Part shown: one piece after another, positions 9,632 to 19,422 of the stretch
Position numbering within the stretch: position 1 is the first letter of the stretch
Layout of the letters: the number at the start of each line of letters is the position of its first letter
Assembly: GCA_963674945.2 (NCBI GenBank)
Contig: CAXXWQ010000004.1
Coordinates: forward strand, 96,001-160,000
Length of the DNA stretch: 64,000 nt
Source: an uncultured Desulfosarcina sp.
GTDB lineage: Bacteria; Desulfobacterota; Desulfobacteria; Desulfobacterales; Desulfosarcinaceae
Reading direction: 5' to 3'
Program-made: the position numbers and the translations under genes
The notes under the pieces: model-generated
The model's input: only the letters and a program-made list of their open reading frames with translations
What the model was told of the DNA's origin: nothing
Databases searched by the model: none

Positions 9632-12087
9632 CAGAACACTGCATCTCCGGGAAAACTATGTGACACCTCCGGCATGATTTGAGGTGCTGCAGCCATTTAG
9701 TTCGAATATCATTTGCAGCTCGGTACCGGGGTATTTTACCTGCGCACTGTTCAGATGCGCAAACAGTTGGCAAAGAGCCCGATTGGCCGCTGGGAACGAA
9801 GCGCCGTGCAATCGTATATTCAATTGCTGATTTTCAATATCGGGCAGTACATCGCCTTCGGTCTGGAACAGTGTCTGGAGAAGACTCCGTGCATCCGACG
9901 AGTTTACCGTCGGACCCGTGAGCAACCCAACCATTGCCGTCTCTGCACGATATGCAATCATACGAACCGTGTCCATCAGGCGTTTTCTGCCCGGTTGTAA
10001 ACGTAAAAATTTATCTTTTGCTTCAAGTTCTCCCCACGTGATGTGTTTACTTGTCTGTTTTCGTTTTTCTTTCAACTCGCTGAGTTGATACTCCATCTTT
10101 TCGATTTCTTCTAACAGCTCGGCCTTTTTCTCTATCCACTTCTTAAACTTTACCGGTTTGTCTTCATTTTCAGGGTGAATGGTCATCTCGGCAAAACAGG
10201 CACGACGATATCGTAGCTTGTTCTGCAACGAATTACGGGATTGATTCAATTGCCGCCAAACGGGGTTGATTACCCGTTCGGTATCAGGAAATTCAACGAC
10301 ACCATAATCTAAAAGCACATCGATATCAAAATGTTGCATCATATAGTTGAAAAAGTTTTCCTGACACCACCGGCTGAACATGCGTGCTGCCAATTGAGTA
10401 TGCGGCAAATCGAAAGCGGTGCTGATTACGCTGGTCTGGTGTCCGGAATCGGTCAGTTTTCGCACTTGTCGCATCCATGTTGCACCCTTACCAGATCCCA
10501 CCAAACTACCCATTTCGCAAAGCCGCATCTTCACCACCTCTTTGTTTGGCATCGCAACTTCATACTCGGTGAACCAATGCTCCGGCCATGATTCACCAGG
10601 ATGCTTATGATACGTCATGCAGCCGATTCGATGGCGATCCCACATTTCCTTGAAGAATGCGGGACTATATCCTTCCCTGTCGAAAACAAGAACGAACCGG
10701 CATAAACATGGGTTCTCTTGTAGTTGCTGCAAACCGGGTTGATTCGGAACGTCTTGCAACAACCGGGGAACGATATCGTCTCTTAAAACCGCCAATAATC
10801 CAGGATCGATCTGCTTTTCGACGACAAAAAAAGGTCGGCCAATCGCATCGTTAACCCAATAGTCGGTAATGCCCCTCATGCACAATCGTTCCCGGGACAC
10901 GTAGCGGCGCGGTAGTCGGGTCAATTTTCCATGATAAACACGTACATGCCCGTCAACATAAAGCGCGCCAACCGATTCGGGCGCCTGTTCCATCCAGTAT
11001 TTACCGAGGTATGCGGCCCACTTTTCCGCGCCGTGGTCTGCGCTCAACGCATCCATCTTGTAACGCAAACAGCGAACCTCCGGTGCACGATCCAAGCCCA
11101 ATAACTTACCAAATTCTCCCGGAGCATGGCCTCGTATTTTTTCTGTCGTCTTGATCCTGCATAAGGCCATAAACGAAAGCAGCAACAAGACATGAAAGAT
11201 CGTGTAATAGCCTTTGACTTGGCCGAGGAACTGTTTTGCGCCGGTAAACAACCCGTTTGCCACCAATGACGGTATCGCACAAAGAACGCCTGCTTTGGGA
11301 ACGTCCAGGCATCTGTCAAAACGAACCGGCGCACCAACCATTTTGCCCAATGATGCCAATATGCGTTCCCCGACTCGGTTGCAAGCCGTCCCCATACCAT
11401 CGGCAGCAGCCATGTCGACCATGTCCCGATCTGATTTGGTTAGACACGGTTCACCAATCCTTGATTCGATTAACCGACCATCATCTATAGCTTTGCGAAA
11501 CGTATCGTATTTAATGCCAAGTTCCAGGGCGGCATCTTTTTTCGAGCACCCTTGATCCAGTAAACGTTGGGCTTGTTCAAGCACCTCAGGTTTGAAAACC
11601 TTGCCGCCGCGTCGTCCCCGCCGCTGAACGAAAAATGCCTCGGCGCCGCCGGACCTGAGTTTGTTCACGGATCGGATGACATTGCTCTTGGATACGCCGA
11701 ATGTGTTTTGGATATCGATCTGGCGGCAAGCTCCGGATTCAACCAGTTGGGCTGTTATCATCCGAAACATTCGTTGATCGCCTTGTCTGTGAGAATAAAT
11801 CGGAACGGTCGATAGAAAATAGGTCCAGGTCGTATCGTCACGAAATACACTGACAAGCCCGTTGATTTGTCTTGCACCGCGAGGAATAAGTGGTAGTATC
11901 TGTTGAGGCATGGCATCCTTTTCCTTTCATTTATCCGCCAAGATAATAAGGTTAAAGGTGCCATGTTCATTTTCCGGTTGCAATACCTTACCGGCCTGCT
12001 GGATTCAGACTCCTATCTTTCTGTTTTTCAACCACTTACATTATGTTTTGCTTGCCATATGCAACAATTAGGAAATCAAGTTTCCTG
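9632..12087 (-). mobile_element. Complete insertion sequence (2456 bp) with imperfect 17-bp terminal IRs and 5-bp target duplication ATATT
   Basis: Ends CAGAACACTGCATCTCC and (reverse complement) CAGGAAACTTGATTTCC, 12/17 identical. ATATT at 9627-9631 and 12088-12092. Confidence 0.85.
9656..11911 (-). CDS. Large DDE transposase (751 aa) with N-terminal HTH and coiled-coil insertion
   Basis: Putative triad LYVDGH / VFDREGY / FSRWCQENFF (R-x3-E as in IS4-superfamily YREK); the only long ORF inside the IRs. Confidence 0.85.
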   Translation of the reverse strand: MPQQILPLIPRGARQINGLVSVFRDDTTWTYFLSTVPIYSHRQGDQRMFRMITAQLVESGACRQIDIQNTFGVSKSNVIRSVNKLRSGGAEAFFVQRRGRRGGKVFKPEVLEQAQRLLDQGCSKKDAALELGIKYDTFRKAIDDGRLIESRIGEPCLTKSDRDMVDMAAADGMGTACNRVGERILASLGKMVGAPVRFDRCLDVPKAGVLCAIPSLVANGLFTGAKQFLGQVKGYYTIFHVLLLLSFMALCRIKTTEKIRGHAPGEFGKLLGLDRAPEVRCLRYKMDALSADHGAEKWAAYLGKYWMEQAPESVGALYVDGHVRVYHGKLTRLPRRYVSRERLCMRGITDYWVNDAIGRPFFVVEKQIDPGLLAVLRDDIVPRLLQDVPNQPGLQQLQENPCLCRFVLVFDREGYSPAFFKEMWDRHRIGCMTYHKHPGESWPEHWFTEYEVAMPNKEVVKMRLCEMGSLVGSGKGATWMRQVRKLTDSGHQTSVISTAFDLPHTQLAARMFSRWCQENFFNYMMQHFDIDVLLDYGVVEFPDTERVINPVWRQLNQSRNSLQNKLRYRRACFAEMTIHPENEDKPVKFKKWIEKKAELLEEIEKMEYQLSELKEKRKQTSKHITWGELEAKDKFLRLQPGRKRLMDTVRMIAYRAETAMVGLLTGPTVNSSDARSLLQTLFQTEGDVLPDIENQQLNIRLHGASFPAANRALCQLFAHLNSAQVKYPGTELQMIFELNGCSTSNHAGGVT

Positions 12088-12251
12088 ATATTCAGGAGAG
12101 ATCGGATGCAGCATTTTCCCATGGTATCTGTCCGGAGTGCATGCAGGCGGATTATCCGGAAATTGCGAAAGAAATATTGAATCGAAAAAAAGTGACCGGG
12201 GCGGGACTGATTTTCGTTATCCATGAAGAGGCAAGAATAGACGTATCCTTT

Positions 12252-12857
12252 TCATTCAGCAATCAGGATCAAACCAGCCACCCAACGCAGATCATCTGAA
12301 CCGGACGTTTTTTGGACCGGCCACCCGGAGGCCTTCATCAACCGGACAACATCGATCCCAAACCCCGACATGGAAGGCCGCGCCTCATCTTTGTGGCGGC
12401 ACGGTTGCTGATCTTCCACCACACAGCATGTTTCATACTCACCGCAGAACAAAGGCTTGCAGGATCCACCCGCAAATGCTTTGGATTTTGTGAACCCCAG
12501 GCGAACCGCTTTTTTTTCGACTCCTGCCACCACCGTGTGCAGCAGTCGCATCACATCTTTTCTTTCATCAGAAAAGAAAATAGAGGACGGCAGTTCAATC
12601 TTCACGGTAATTGCATACCGGCTCTTCTCCTGCCATCTTCTGAAACATCCGGGCCCTTTCACATGAGGCGGACAACTGGCGGCGAGGCCGTAACTGGGAC
12701 AGACATATTCTCCATTGCATAACGCAGCCAGTTCCTCAACTGCACGGATATCCATCGACGTGATAACGGCAGCGCCTGTTGCGCCCAGTTGAAGCGCCTC
12801 CTGTTGTAATCGTGCCAGATTTTCTTTTAACATCTCAGACTCTGTTTCAGACAGCAT
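12252..12857 (-). CDS. DUF2284-like predicted metal-binding protein
   Basis: Cys-rich pattern C..YG...SCPP, AGGSCK..C..C..C, ARPSMSGFGIDV. Confidence 0.75.
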   Translation of the reverse strand: MLSETESEMLKENLARLQQEALQLGATGAAVITSMDIRAVEELAALCNGEYVCPSYGLAASCPPHVKGPGCFRRWQEKSRYAITVKIELPSSIFFSDERKDVMRLLHTVVAGVEKKAVRLGFTKSKAFAGGSCKPLFCGEYETCCVVEDQQPCRHKDEARPSMSGFGIDVVRLMKASGWPVQKTSGSDDLRWVAGLILIAE

Positions 12858-13197
12858 GGTTTGTATTATGTATATGATTTTTTATGGTTATAAACGACTA
12901 CATTTTCAACTACTTCTCTGGTAATGACTTCGTTGCTGACGCAGACAATGGTTAATTTCTCTTGATTGGCAACTGGCATCACCGATCTCTATCCCTTGTT
13001 ACCACTTTGCTTGTAACAAGGAAATAAATAAAAAGGTTTCCACCAACTAAATAGTGCATCACTTTATTTATATATGTGACAACAAAGCTTATGACAGTGA
13101 AGAGAAAATATTGATTGCATTTCTTTTTTCAATAGAAAAAAACGAATTGACAAGGTAAAAATGCATATAATAAGAGAGTCAACAAATTCATGTGAGA

Positions 13198-13327
13198 GGG
13201 GGTGATCGATATGCTGCAACGCAAATGAAATCATAGTAGACAGGAAGCGTGTCTTCTCGTCGATTTGAAAGCAGCATTTGAGAATGGGTTTGACATAGCT
13301 GTTGCGCAGAGGCAGTCGATCACCCCT
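13198..13327 (+). other. Predicted structured RNA element in the long leader upstream of the methyltransferase operon
   Basis: GGGGTGATCGA (13199-13209) pairs with TCGATCACCCC (13316-13326); inner pairings GCAAC/GTTGC, AAATC/GATTT and AGACA/TGTCT. Confidence 0.4.
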
Positions 13328-13741
13328 ATGATCTTGCATCGGCAAGGGTAATCCGCAGAACTTCCCGGCCATTGGGTTCTTCTAAGCCACGCATGCTTCC
13401 GCCCTCGGCTTCAATCGTCTCAAATTACGATAACTATTGGTAAATAGAAATCGTCCATGTAACCTCCCATTCCATCAGGTTGGACTGCTGCGGCCCGGTG
13501 TCTACTGATTGTGTTTCGGTATTTTCATGAACTGGATCATCTTCTTAAGGTGCGGTGCTTTGTCCATCTTTGTTCGATAATCGGTGATTCGGTTCAGGTG
13601 ATACAGCTGATTAATTCTCGGCACAAAGGCTCATTGCCGGCGTCCGAGTCCATGTCAAAATAATAAATCTGTCGTGCATGATAGAACTCATTGTGAGGTG
13701 GGGCAAGTAAATTCTCAACGCAAAAGGGAGGGTAACAGATC

Positions 13742-14995
13742 ATGTTCAAAGGAAGACAACCGCTTGAAAATGCGCCTTATTGGTACAACACGCCGCTCGA
13801 GAAGTTAGATTTCGAATGGTCTCCCGAAGAGACGCGGGAGATAGAACGTATTTGTGAAAAGATCCACAAGAACATCGAGGAAGAGGGGGGCATGACCCCG
13901 TACGAGCGGTGGCATGCCGCCATGTGGGGAGAGGACAAGGACCGTATGTTTATGGGGATACCGCACAACAATCCATATGCGGTGAAAGTCCTGGATTCCG
14001 CAGCCGATGCCTACAAGCCCATCGACATCTACCAGTTCCCCAAGCAGTATGTAAAGGCGCACCTGATGATGATGGCCCGGTTCAAGCTCGATTACAGCTG
14101 CATGCACAACACGAATTACGGCGAGGACATGTGGGGCGGACTGTCGGCGATGATTGAATACGGCAACCCGATCATCAAGGGCGAGCCTCCCATAAAGTGC
14201 CTGGAAGATCTGGAGGGCATGCCGATACCCGATGCCAGGAAGGACGGTTTGTATCCGGGTTACATCTGGGCCGTCAGGGAGTACAGGCGGATTGTGGAGA
14301 AATACAAGCTGCCCATTGTGGTATGGCCTTCTATTTGCCCCAGTCCGGCCCTGTTGGCAATGATGGGCATGATGGGCTGGACGGAGTACAGCATCGCCCT
14401 GCGCAAGAACCCGGAACTGGCCAAGGCATGCACCGAAATCGGCACGCAATTCCTTTGCGGCTTTGGCAAGGCCCTGGTTGACGAGGCGCAGGTGGACGCA
14501 CTCACCATGTGCGCCCAGGATGGCGGTTTCCCGTGCACAAACGAAAAGAACCTGTGGATCGCCGATCACTATCGAAGAGTCGGTGAAACCATCTGTCAAT
14601 ATTCAAAAGACAAGGCGGGCAAAGAGCTCTACATGGGCTGGGGATTAGCCTTCATGGGCAAGTCGCAGGAATTTTTTGAAACAACGTACGAGCACGGCGG
14701 GCAGGGACCGGTGGGGACGACCTTTAATGGCGGGACCGGGGGGCAAGGCGCCTGTGACCTGGATAAACTGGCGGATTGGTGTCATGAACGTGAACTATAT
14801 TTAAGCTTCACCATCGAGGATCACACCATCGAGTTTGGCACGCCATCTGAGATAGAGGAAGCGATAAAGCAGCAAATCATGCGCCACAAAGACAAACCCA
14901 AGTTCGGTCCGTCATTTAAACCGACATACTTCACGAGTTTTGAAAACGTCGAAATCGGGGTTGCCGCACTCAAGAAATACGGCAGATACGAATAA
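13742..14995 (+). CDS. Uroporphyrinogen-decarboxylase-fold protein, probable corrinoid-dependent methyltransferase (MtaA/CmuA-like)
   Basis: MTPYERWHAAMWG, IPDARKDG, SPALLAMMGMMGWTEYSIALRKNPE, IEFGTPSEIEEAIK...FENVE; adjacent to a corrinoid protein; strong SD GGGAGG. Confidence 0.75.
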   Translation: MFKGRQPLENAPYWYNTPLEKLDFEWSPEETREIERICEKIHKNIEEEGGMTPYERWHAAMWGEDKDRMFMGIPHNNPYAVKVLDSAADAYKPIDIYQFPKQYVKAHLMMMARFKLDYSCMHNTNYGEDMWGGLSAMIEYGNPIIKGEPPIKCLEDLEGMPIPDARKDGLYPGYIWAVREYRRIVEKYKLPIVVWPSICPSPALLAMMGMMGWTEYSIALRKNPELAKACTEIGTQFLCGFGKALVDEAQVDALTMCAQDGGFPCTNEKNLWIADHYRRVGETICQYSKDKAGKELYMGWGLAFMGKSQEFFETTYEHGGQGPVGTTFNGGTGGQGACDLDKLADWCHERELYLSFTIEDHTIEFGTPSEIEEAIKQQIMRHKDKPKFGPSFKPTYFTSFENVEIGVAALKKYGRYE

Positions 14996-15009
14996 AGGAG
15001 TCTGATCAA

Positions 15010-15699
15010 ATGGCAAACGAAGAAATACTCGAAAAATTGAAAGAGGCGATTATCGATCTCGATGACGATTTGGTCGCCAATTTGGTCGAAGAATGCGTGG
15101 CTGCCGATATTCCGCCAATAGATGTGATTGTTAACGGTTTAAGTCCCGGATTGACCATCATCGGCGACGAGTACGAGGCCAATGACCGGTTCATGAGCGA
15201 TCTGATGATCTCAGGCCAGATCATGAACGATGCCATGGAACGGTTGCTTCCGACAGCGGCTGTGGAAGCCTCCATTTTGAATCGGAAGCCGGAGGATAAG
15301 GTGATGATCATCGGAACGGTAGAAGGCGATCTCCACAACGTGGGCAAAAGGATCGTCTCCGCCTTTTTTTCCGGTGCGGGCATCAAGGCCATCGACATCG
15401 GAGAGAACGTGTCGGCCGATGGGTTCGTTACGGCAATAAAGAAGTACAAGCCCGATATCGTGGGCGCCTCGGCCATCATCGGGCCTGTGACACCGTATTG
15501 CGGGGTCATCCACAAGGCCATGGTGGAAGCCGGCGTCAGAGACGACGTGATCTTTATCACCGGCGGCTGGGGCATGACGCCCGAGTGGTGTGACGAGGTC
15601 GGCGCCGATACCTTTGGTGAGTCCGCCTTCGATGCACTGGACAAGGTCAAAGCGATTTTTGACGGCAAAATGGCCCGGTGGATCGAGAGAAATAAGTAG
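15010..15699 (+). CDS. Cobalamin-binding corrinoid protein (MtbC/MttC type)
   Basis: Four-helix cap domain, then GTVEGDLHNVGK (DxHxxG), VGASA and ITGG motifs. Confidence 0.92.
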   Translation: MANEEILEKLKEAIIDLDDDLVANLVEECVAADIPPIDVIVNGLSPGLTIIGDEYEANDRFMSDLMISGQIMNDAMERLLPTAAVEASILNRKPEDKVMIIGTVEGDLHNVGKRIVSAFFSGAGIKAIDIGENVSADGFVTAIKKYKPDIVGASAIIGPVTPYCGVIHKAMVEAGVRDDVIFITGGWGMTPEWCDEVGADTFGESAFDALDKVKAIFDGKMARWIERNK

Positions 15700-15729
15700 G
15701 AAGGCTTCAGGACACGATCGAATTTTTTG

Positions 15730-15757
15730 ACCGCCGCGGCCCTATGGCCGCGGCGGT
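15730..15757 (+). terminator. GC-rich hairpin after the corrinoid gene
   Basis: ACCGCCGCGGCC-CTAT-GGCCGCGGCGGT; only a weak U tract follows. Confidence 0.6.
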
Positions 15758-16033
15758 TACAACGACGCTGTTGGCGTTCGTAGAGCAAAAGTCCGTAAAC
15801 AGCCAATGGTTTATCATCTCACCCTGATCGCGCTTTGTGGTGAGTCGGCGCGATGGAATTTGCGGACTGCGCCAGCTCAAGATACTTCACAATGGCTCAG
15901 ATGGAGAAACGAAAAAAGGTTCCAGGATAAAGCAAAAGAAGTCGTGCCGTTAATGGAAGACGTTGAAGATGATGACTATTTTATGTGGATAAGCATATAG
16001 ATAGACTTCTCACTTCGAGCTATAGCTACGAAC

Positions 16034-16920
16034 ATGAAACCAATTGATGGAAGAAAATTAAGTTCCGAGGCAATGGCGGATATACGCATCAAGGCAGTGC
16101 AACGGGTACAAGAAGGAGAAAGTCCGGAACAAGTTATCAGAACACTTGGTTTTGCCCGCGCTTGTATTTATAACTGGCTTGACAGATACCGCAATGGCGG
16201 GTGGCACGCTTTGCGCGTTGGCCCCCCCAGTGGGCGTCCGAAAAAACTTAACGAATCGCAAATAATATGGCTATACAAGACAATACGAGATAAAGACCCC
16301 GACAGTTTAAATTTGAATTCGCCTTGTGGACACGTTCCATGATCGCAAAATTGATCGTAAAACAGTTTCGCATCAAACTCAGCTTGACATCCGTAGGCCG
16401 ATTGTTGGCACAGCTTGGATTTACCTGTCAAAAACCACTTTCTCGAGCATACCAAATGGATCTGGAAGCGGTTCAACAGTGGAAAGAAGAAATCTTTCCA
16501 CAAATTCAGAAACAGGCGAAAAAAGAGGGAGCCGTCATCTTTTTCCAAGATGAATCAGAGGTTCGATCAGACTTTTATTCGGGAAATACCAGTGTGTTGA
16601 AAGGCGAAACACCGATTGTTGAAACAGAAGGTGCAAAATTCGGCCTTACTATCCTGGGAGCGATCTCCCCCAGAGGAGAAATGAACTTCATGATCATTCA
16701 TGGCTCGTCCCGTTCAAGAGAGACTTGTGAGTTTCTGAATCGTTTGATGAGAGGACGCAATCAAAAAGTTTTCTTGATTTGGGATAGGCACCAAACCCAT
16801 AAATCAAAAATGGTAAAAGAGTGCACGGCCTCATTTGACGGTCGTTTAAGAACATTCTCACTTCCCTTATATCTTCCTGATCTCAACCCTATGGGGCAGC
16901 AGTCGAACCACCTCCAATAA
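16034..16920 (+). pseudogene. IS630-family transposase pseudogene (frameshifted and truncated)
   Basis: ORFs 16034-16342 and 16324-16920 join by a frameshift near 16300 ([13 protein letters not shown]). IFFQDES and LIWDRH retained; NPxE degraded to LNPMG; premature TAA. Confidence 0.88.
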
Positions 16921-17280
16921 CAATCAGTCCTTAATTGGAAAACCCGAGCCACTCAAACACACCCTTTCAGAATATTGGTCACGCCGAATCAATGACGAAC
17001 ATCGGTTCACATGTAAAGTATCAGACGATGCAATCCACATTGCACAGCTTCGATACCATTATTAAATGGATCAAATACGTCAGGTGCTACTATACCTCTG
17101 GCAATCTCGAAAATCGCTCAGTATAGTAAAATTTTGTCGAAATGATGGAACAAGCGAATGCTCAGTAATATTCTCGGAAAATCACCGAAAAAATCAAGGA
17201 TTATTTGAGAAAAAGGAACACAAACTGAATTCGGTGGGGAAATAATCGGATTCAAATGGTTTGGCTTTGAGGGTCGCCCA

Positions 17281-17395
17281 CAGGAACCAGGAGTCAGAAT
17301 GAATGTGTGTCGCTATGCTCCGTCGGTTTAAAAAGATGGATCGAGCCGAAGGCGAGTGCCTCATTCTGGATTCTGAATTCCGACGCCTGGATTCT
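17281..17395. repeat. Dispersed palindromic heptamer-rich repeat, copy 1 (MITE/REP-like)
   Basis: CAGGAGTCAGAATGA...AAGATGGATCGAGCCGAAGGCGA...CATTCTGGATTCTGAATTCCGACGCCTGGATT; inverted homolog at 23031-23160. Confidence 0.8.
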
Positions 17396-17437
17396 CGTTC
17401 CCATCCCACGCAACCCATCTGAAAAAAATTTCATTCC

Positions 17438-17842
17438 TCATTCTTGCAATTGCTTGTTTTTCCGATAAACCATTCCGGTAAATCTTGCCACGACCTCATC
17501 CTCTCCATTCGTTACCAGTACATCATAAGCTCCGAGCCTTCCCGGTTCCGTGACTTCGGTCGCAACGGAATAGAGGATTCCGCCGGTTGCGGCTTTCAGG
17601 AAAAAAATATTGGCATTAATGGCAAGGGCCAGTTGACCGTGGCTGTTGGAAGCGACGGCAAAAGCCGAATCGGCAAGGGTGAAAATCGCTCCCCCCTGGA
17701 CCACATTGGCTGCATTCAGATGCTTGTCTTCAATGGTCAGACGGGCCTTGCAATATCCGACGCTCGCCTCAACGATTTCGACTCCCGTCAATGCAGCATA
17801 TCGATCCGCTGCAAAAAAGTTTTTCGCTTCCTCAGTATTCAT
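17438..17842 (-). CDS. PaaI-family hotdog-fold thioesterase
   Basis: FAADRYAALTGVEI, HLNAANVVQGGAIFTLADSAFAVASNSHG. Confidence 0.9.
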   Translation of the reverse strand: MNTEEAKNFFAADRYAALTGVEIVEASVGYCKARLTIEDKHLNAANVVQGGAIFTLADSAFAVASNSHGQLALAINANIFFLKAATGGILYSVATEVTEPGRLGAYDVLVTNGEDEVVARFTGMVYRKNKQLQE

Positions 17843-18168
17843 GAAACTCACCCTAAAAAGCTTTTCCAGATCGAGTATGGTCCAACAAATTTTGTATTGA
17901 TTAACGGCTGCCTTAAAGTTCATTCAAATGATTTGGGGCATTTTTGCCCATTACAACCCGGAAACATGGTTCCAACGCGATGGACATATATACACGCTGG
18001 AACAGTCTTGGCAAGAGCACACGACACCATTTACCCAAATCACCTCCCCTGTTTTGAAGATTGTAATCTTCACGGATAGCGGCTAAACAAAAAAGAGGAA
18101 TTTTCCGAAGCTGACATTCACGGGTCGGCGCGCCCCTTCGGGTTCAGTTGACATTTAACGGAGGTCTC

Positions 18169-19014
18169 ATGAATCACATGGAAGGCAATTTCAAGGCCGG
18201 ACGGGGGCTCGGCATCTATTTTCAGGCCTGGCTCCCCGAAGAAAAAACCAAAGCCGCATTGCTCATGGTCCACGGGCTTGGCGAACACAGCGGACGGTAC
18301 ATGAACGTGGTCAACCGTTTCGTACCGCTGGGGTATTCCGTCTTCGGTTTGGATCATATGGGCCACGGCAAGTCAGAAGGCCGACGTGCCCACGTGGAAA
18401 GGTTCACGGACTTCACCGAAACCCTGGGCATTTTTTCGACCATGGTGAAAGAACGCAACCCGGCCACGCCCGTATTTATCGTTGGACATAGTATGGGAGG
18501 ACTGATTACCGCGCTCTATCTGCTGGATCATTCCGATGAATTTTCCGGTGCGGTGATCTCCGCACCCAGCATCATACCTTCTGTAAAGGTGTCGGGCTTC
18601 ACGGTTCTCATGGGAAAAATCCTTTCCGTGCTGTTTCCCAAAACAGGCATTTTGAAATTGGACGCAACAGCCATTTCCCGGGATCCGGAAGTCGTCAAGG
18701 CCTATGTGGAGGATCCTTTGGTCTTCAATGGAAAGATCTCGGCACGCCTGGCCGCAGAAATGGTGAACACGATGGAACGCCTCGCCGTTAAAGCGAATCA
18801 AATCACCCTTCCGTTGCTGATCGTCCAGGGAACCGAAGACAAGTTGGTGGATCCTTCCGGCGCCCGGCTCCTGCATGAAAGGGCCGGGGCCGCGGACAAA
18901 ACCATCAAAACCTACGAGGGTCTGTATCATGAACTCTTCAACGAACCGGAGCGAGAAGAAGTACTAAATGACGTTGGAGAGTGGTTGGAGGCTCATATCA
19001 AGAGCAAACAGTAA
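18169..19014 (+). CDS. Alpha/beta hydrolase, lysophospholipase/monoacylglycerol-lipase type
   Basis: VHGLGEHSGRY, GHGKSEG, GHSMGG nucleophile, GTEDKLV, YHELFNE. Confidence 0.92.
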   Translation: MNHMEGNFKAGRGLGIYFQAWLPEEKTKAALLMVHGLGEHSGRYMNVVNRFVPLGYSVFGLDHMGHGKSEGRRAHVERFTDFTETLGIFSTMVKERNPATPVFIVGHSMGGLITALYLLDHSDEFSGAVISAPSIIPSVKVSGFTVLMGKILSVLFPKTGILKLDATAISRDPEVVKAYVEDPLVFNGKISARLAAEMVNTMERLAVKANQITLPLLIVQGTEDKLVDPSGARLLHERAGAADKTIKTYEGLYHELFNEPEREEVLNDVGEWLEAHIKSKQ

Positions 19015-19209
19015 ACTTGTCGCTTCCAATAATCTCGGCAACCCTTACGGCAACCCGGGTCTCATTATAACCACGCCGCTGGAGTTCATAGCGTCACGCA
19101 AATCATTGATTGGCTCCGGATAAAAACGAAACGTGCCTGGCTCTAAATTCTGACTCCTGTTCAACAGCATTCTGATCTGGAAGCATACTTTCAACATTGA
19201 AATTTCGGA

Positions 19210-19380
19210 TTGACACTCCGATATTTCAATGAAGCGCCCAAAATAACCAAATCGATGCAGGTGGCGTTGAACGATATAGACCTTTCGCATCTGTGGGTGG
19301 TCTACCCGGGCCAGGAGACCTATCCGGTTACTTCTAAAATCACGGTTCTTCCCTTAAGCAGCGTAGAAGAAACAGTGAAA
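19210..19380 (+). pseudogene. C-terminal fragment of an AAA-ATPase/DUF4143-type protein
   Basis: APKITKSMQVALNDIDLSHLWVVYPGQETYPVTSKITVLPL resembles the C-terminus of that family; no N-terminal part is present. Confidence 0.5.
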
Positions 19381-19422
19381 AGCAGATTTGTTCAAAGCGA
19401 AAAAAATAACTGGAAGGATAAT

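Larger units (their letters stand above)
9567..12195 (+). pseudogene. Remnant of a response-regulator-type gene, split by the IS (pieces ~9567-9631 and 12093-~12195)
   Basis: Removing the IS and one TSD copy restores NEGYWQQIEQYI|QERSDAAFSHGICPECMQADYPE in frame. An out-of-frame receiver fragment KPDVVLMDIQ lies just upstream. Confidence 0.75.

Noticed and set aside
12093..12120. Alternative IS right end (GATGCAG and TTTTCCC complementary to left-end sequence)
   Set aside because: The segments are in the wrong order for an inverted repeat, have no target duplication, and encode the conserved interrupted peptide.
13190..13741. Cobalamin riboswitch upstream of the corrinoid operon
   Set aside because: The B12-box and GCCACTG/GGGAAG consensus elements were not found by eye; kept only as an unknown structured leader.
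15806..16000. 64-aa ORF before the IS630 relic
   Set aside because: No SD or recognisable motif.
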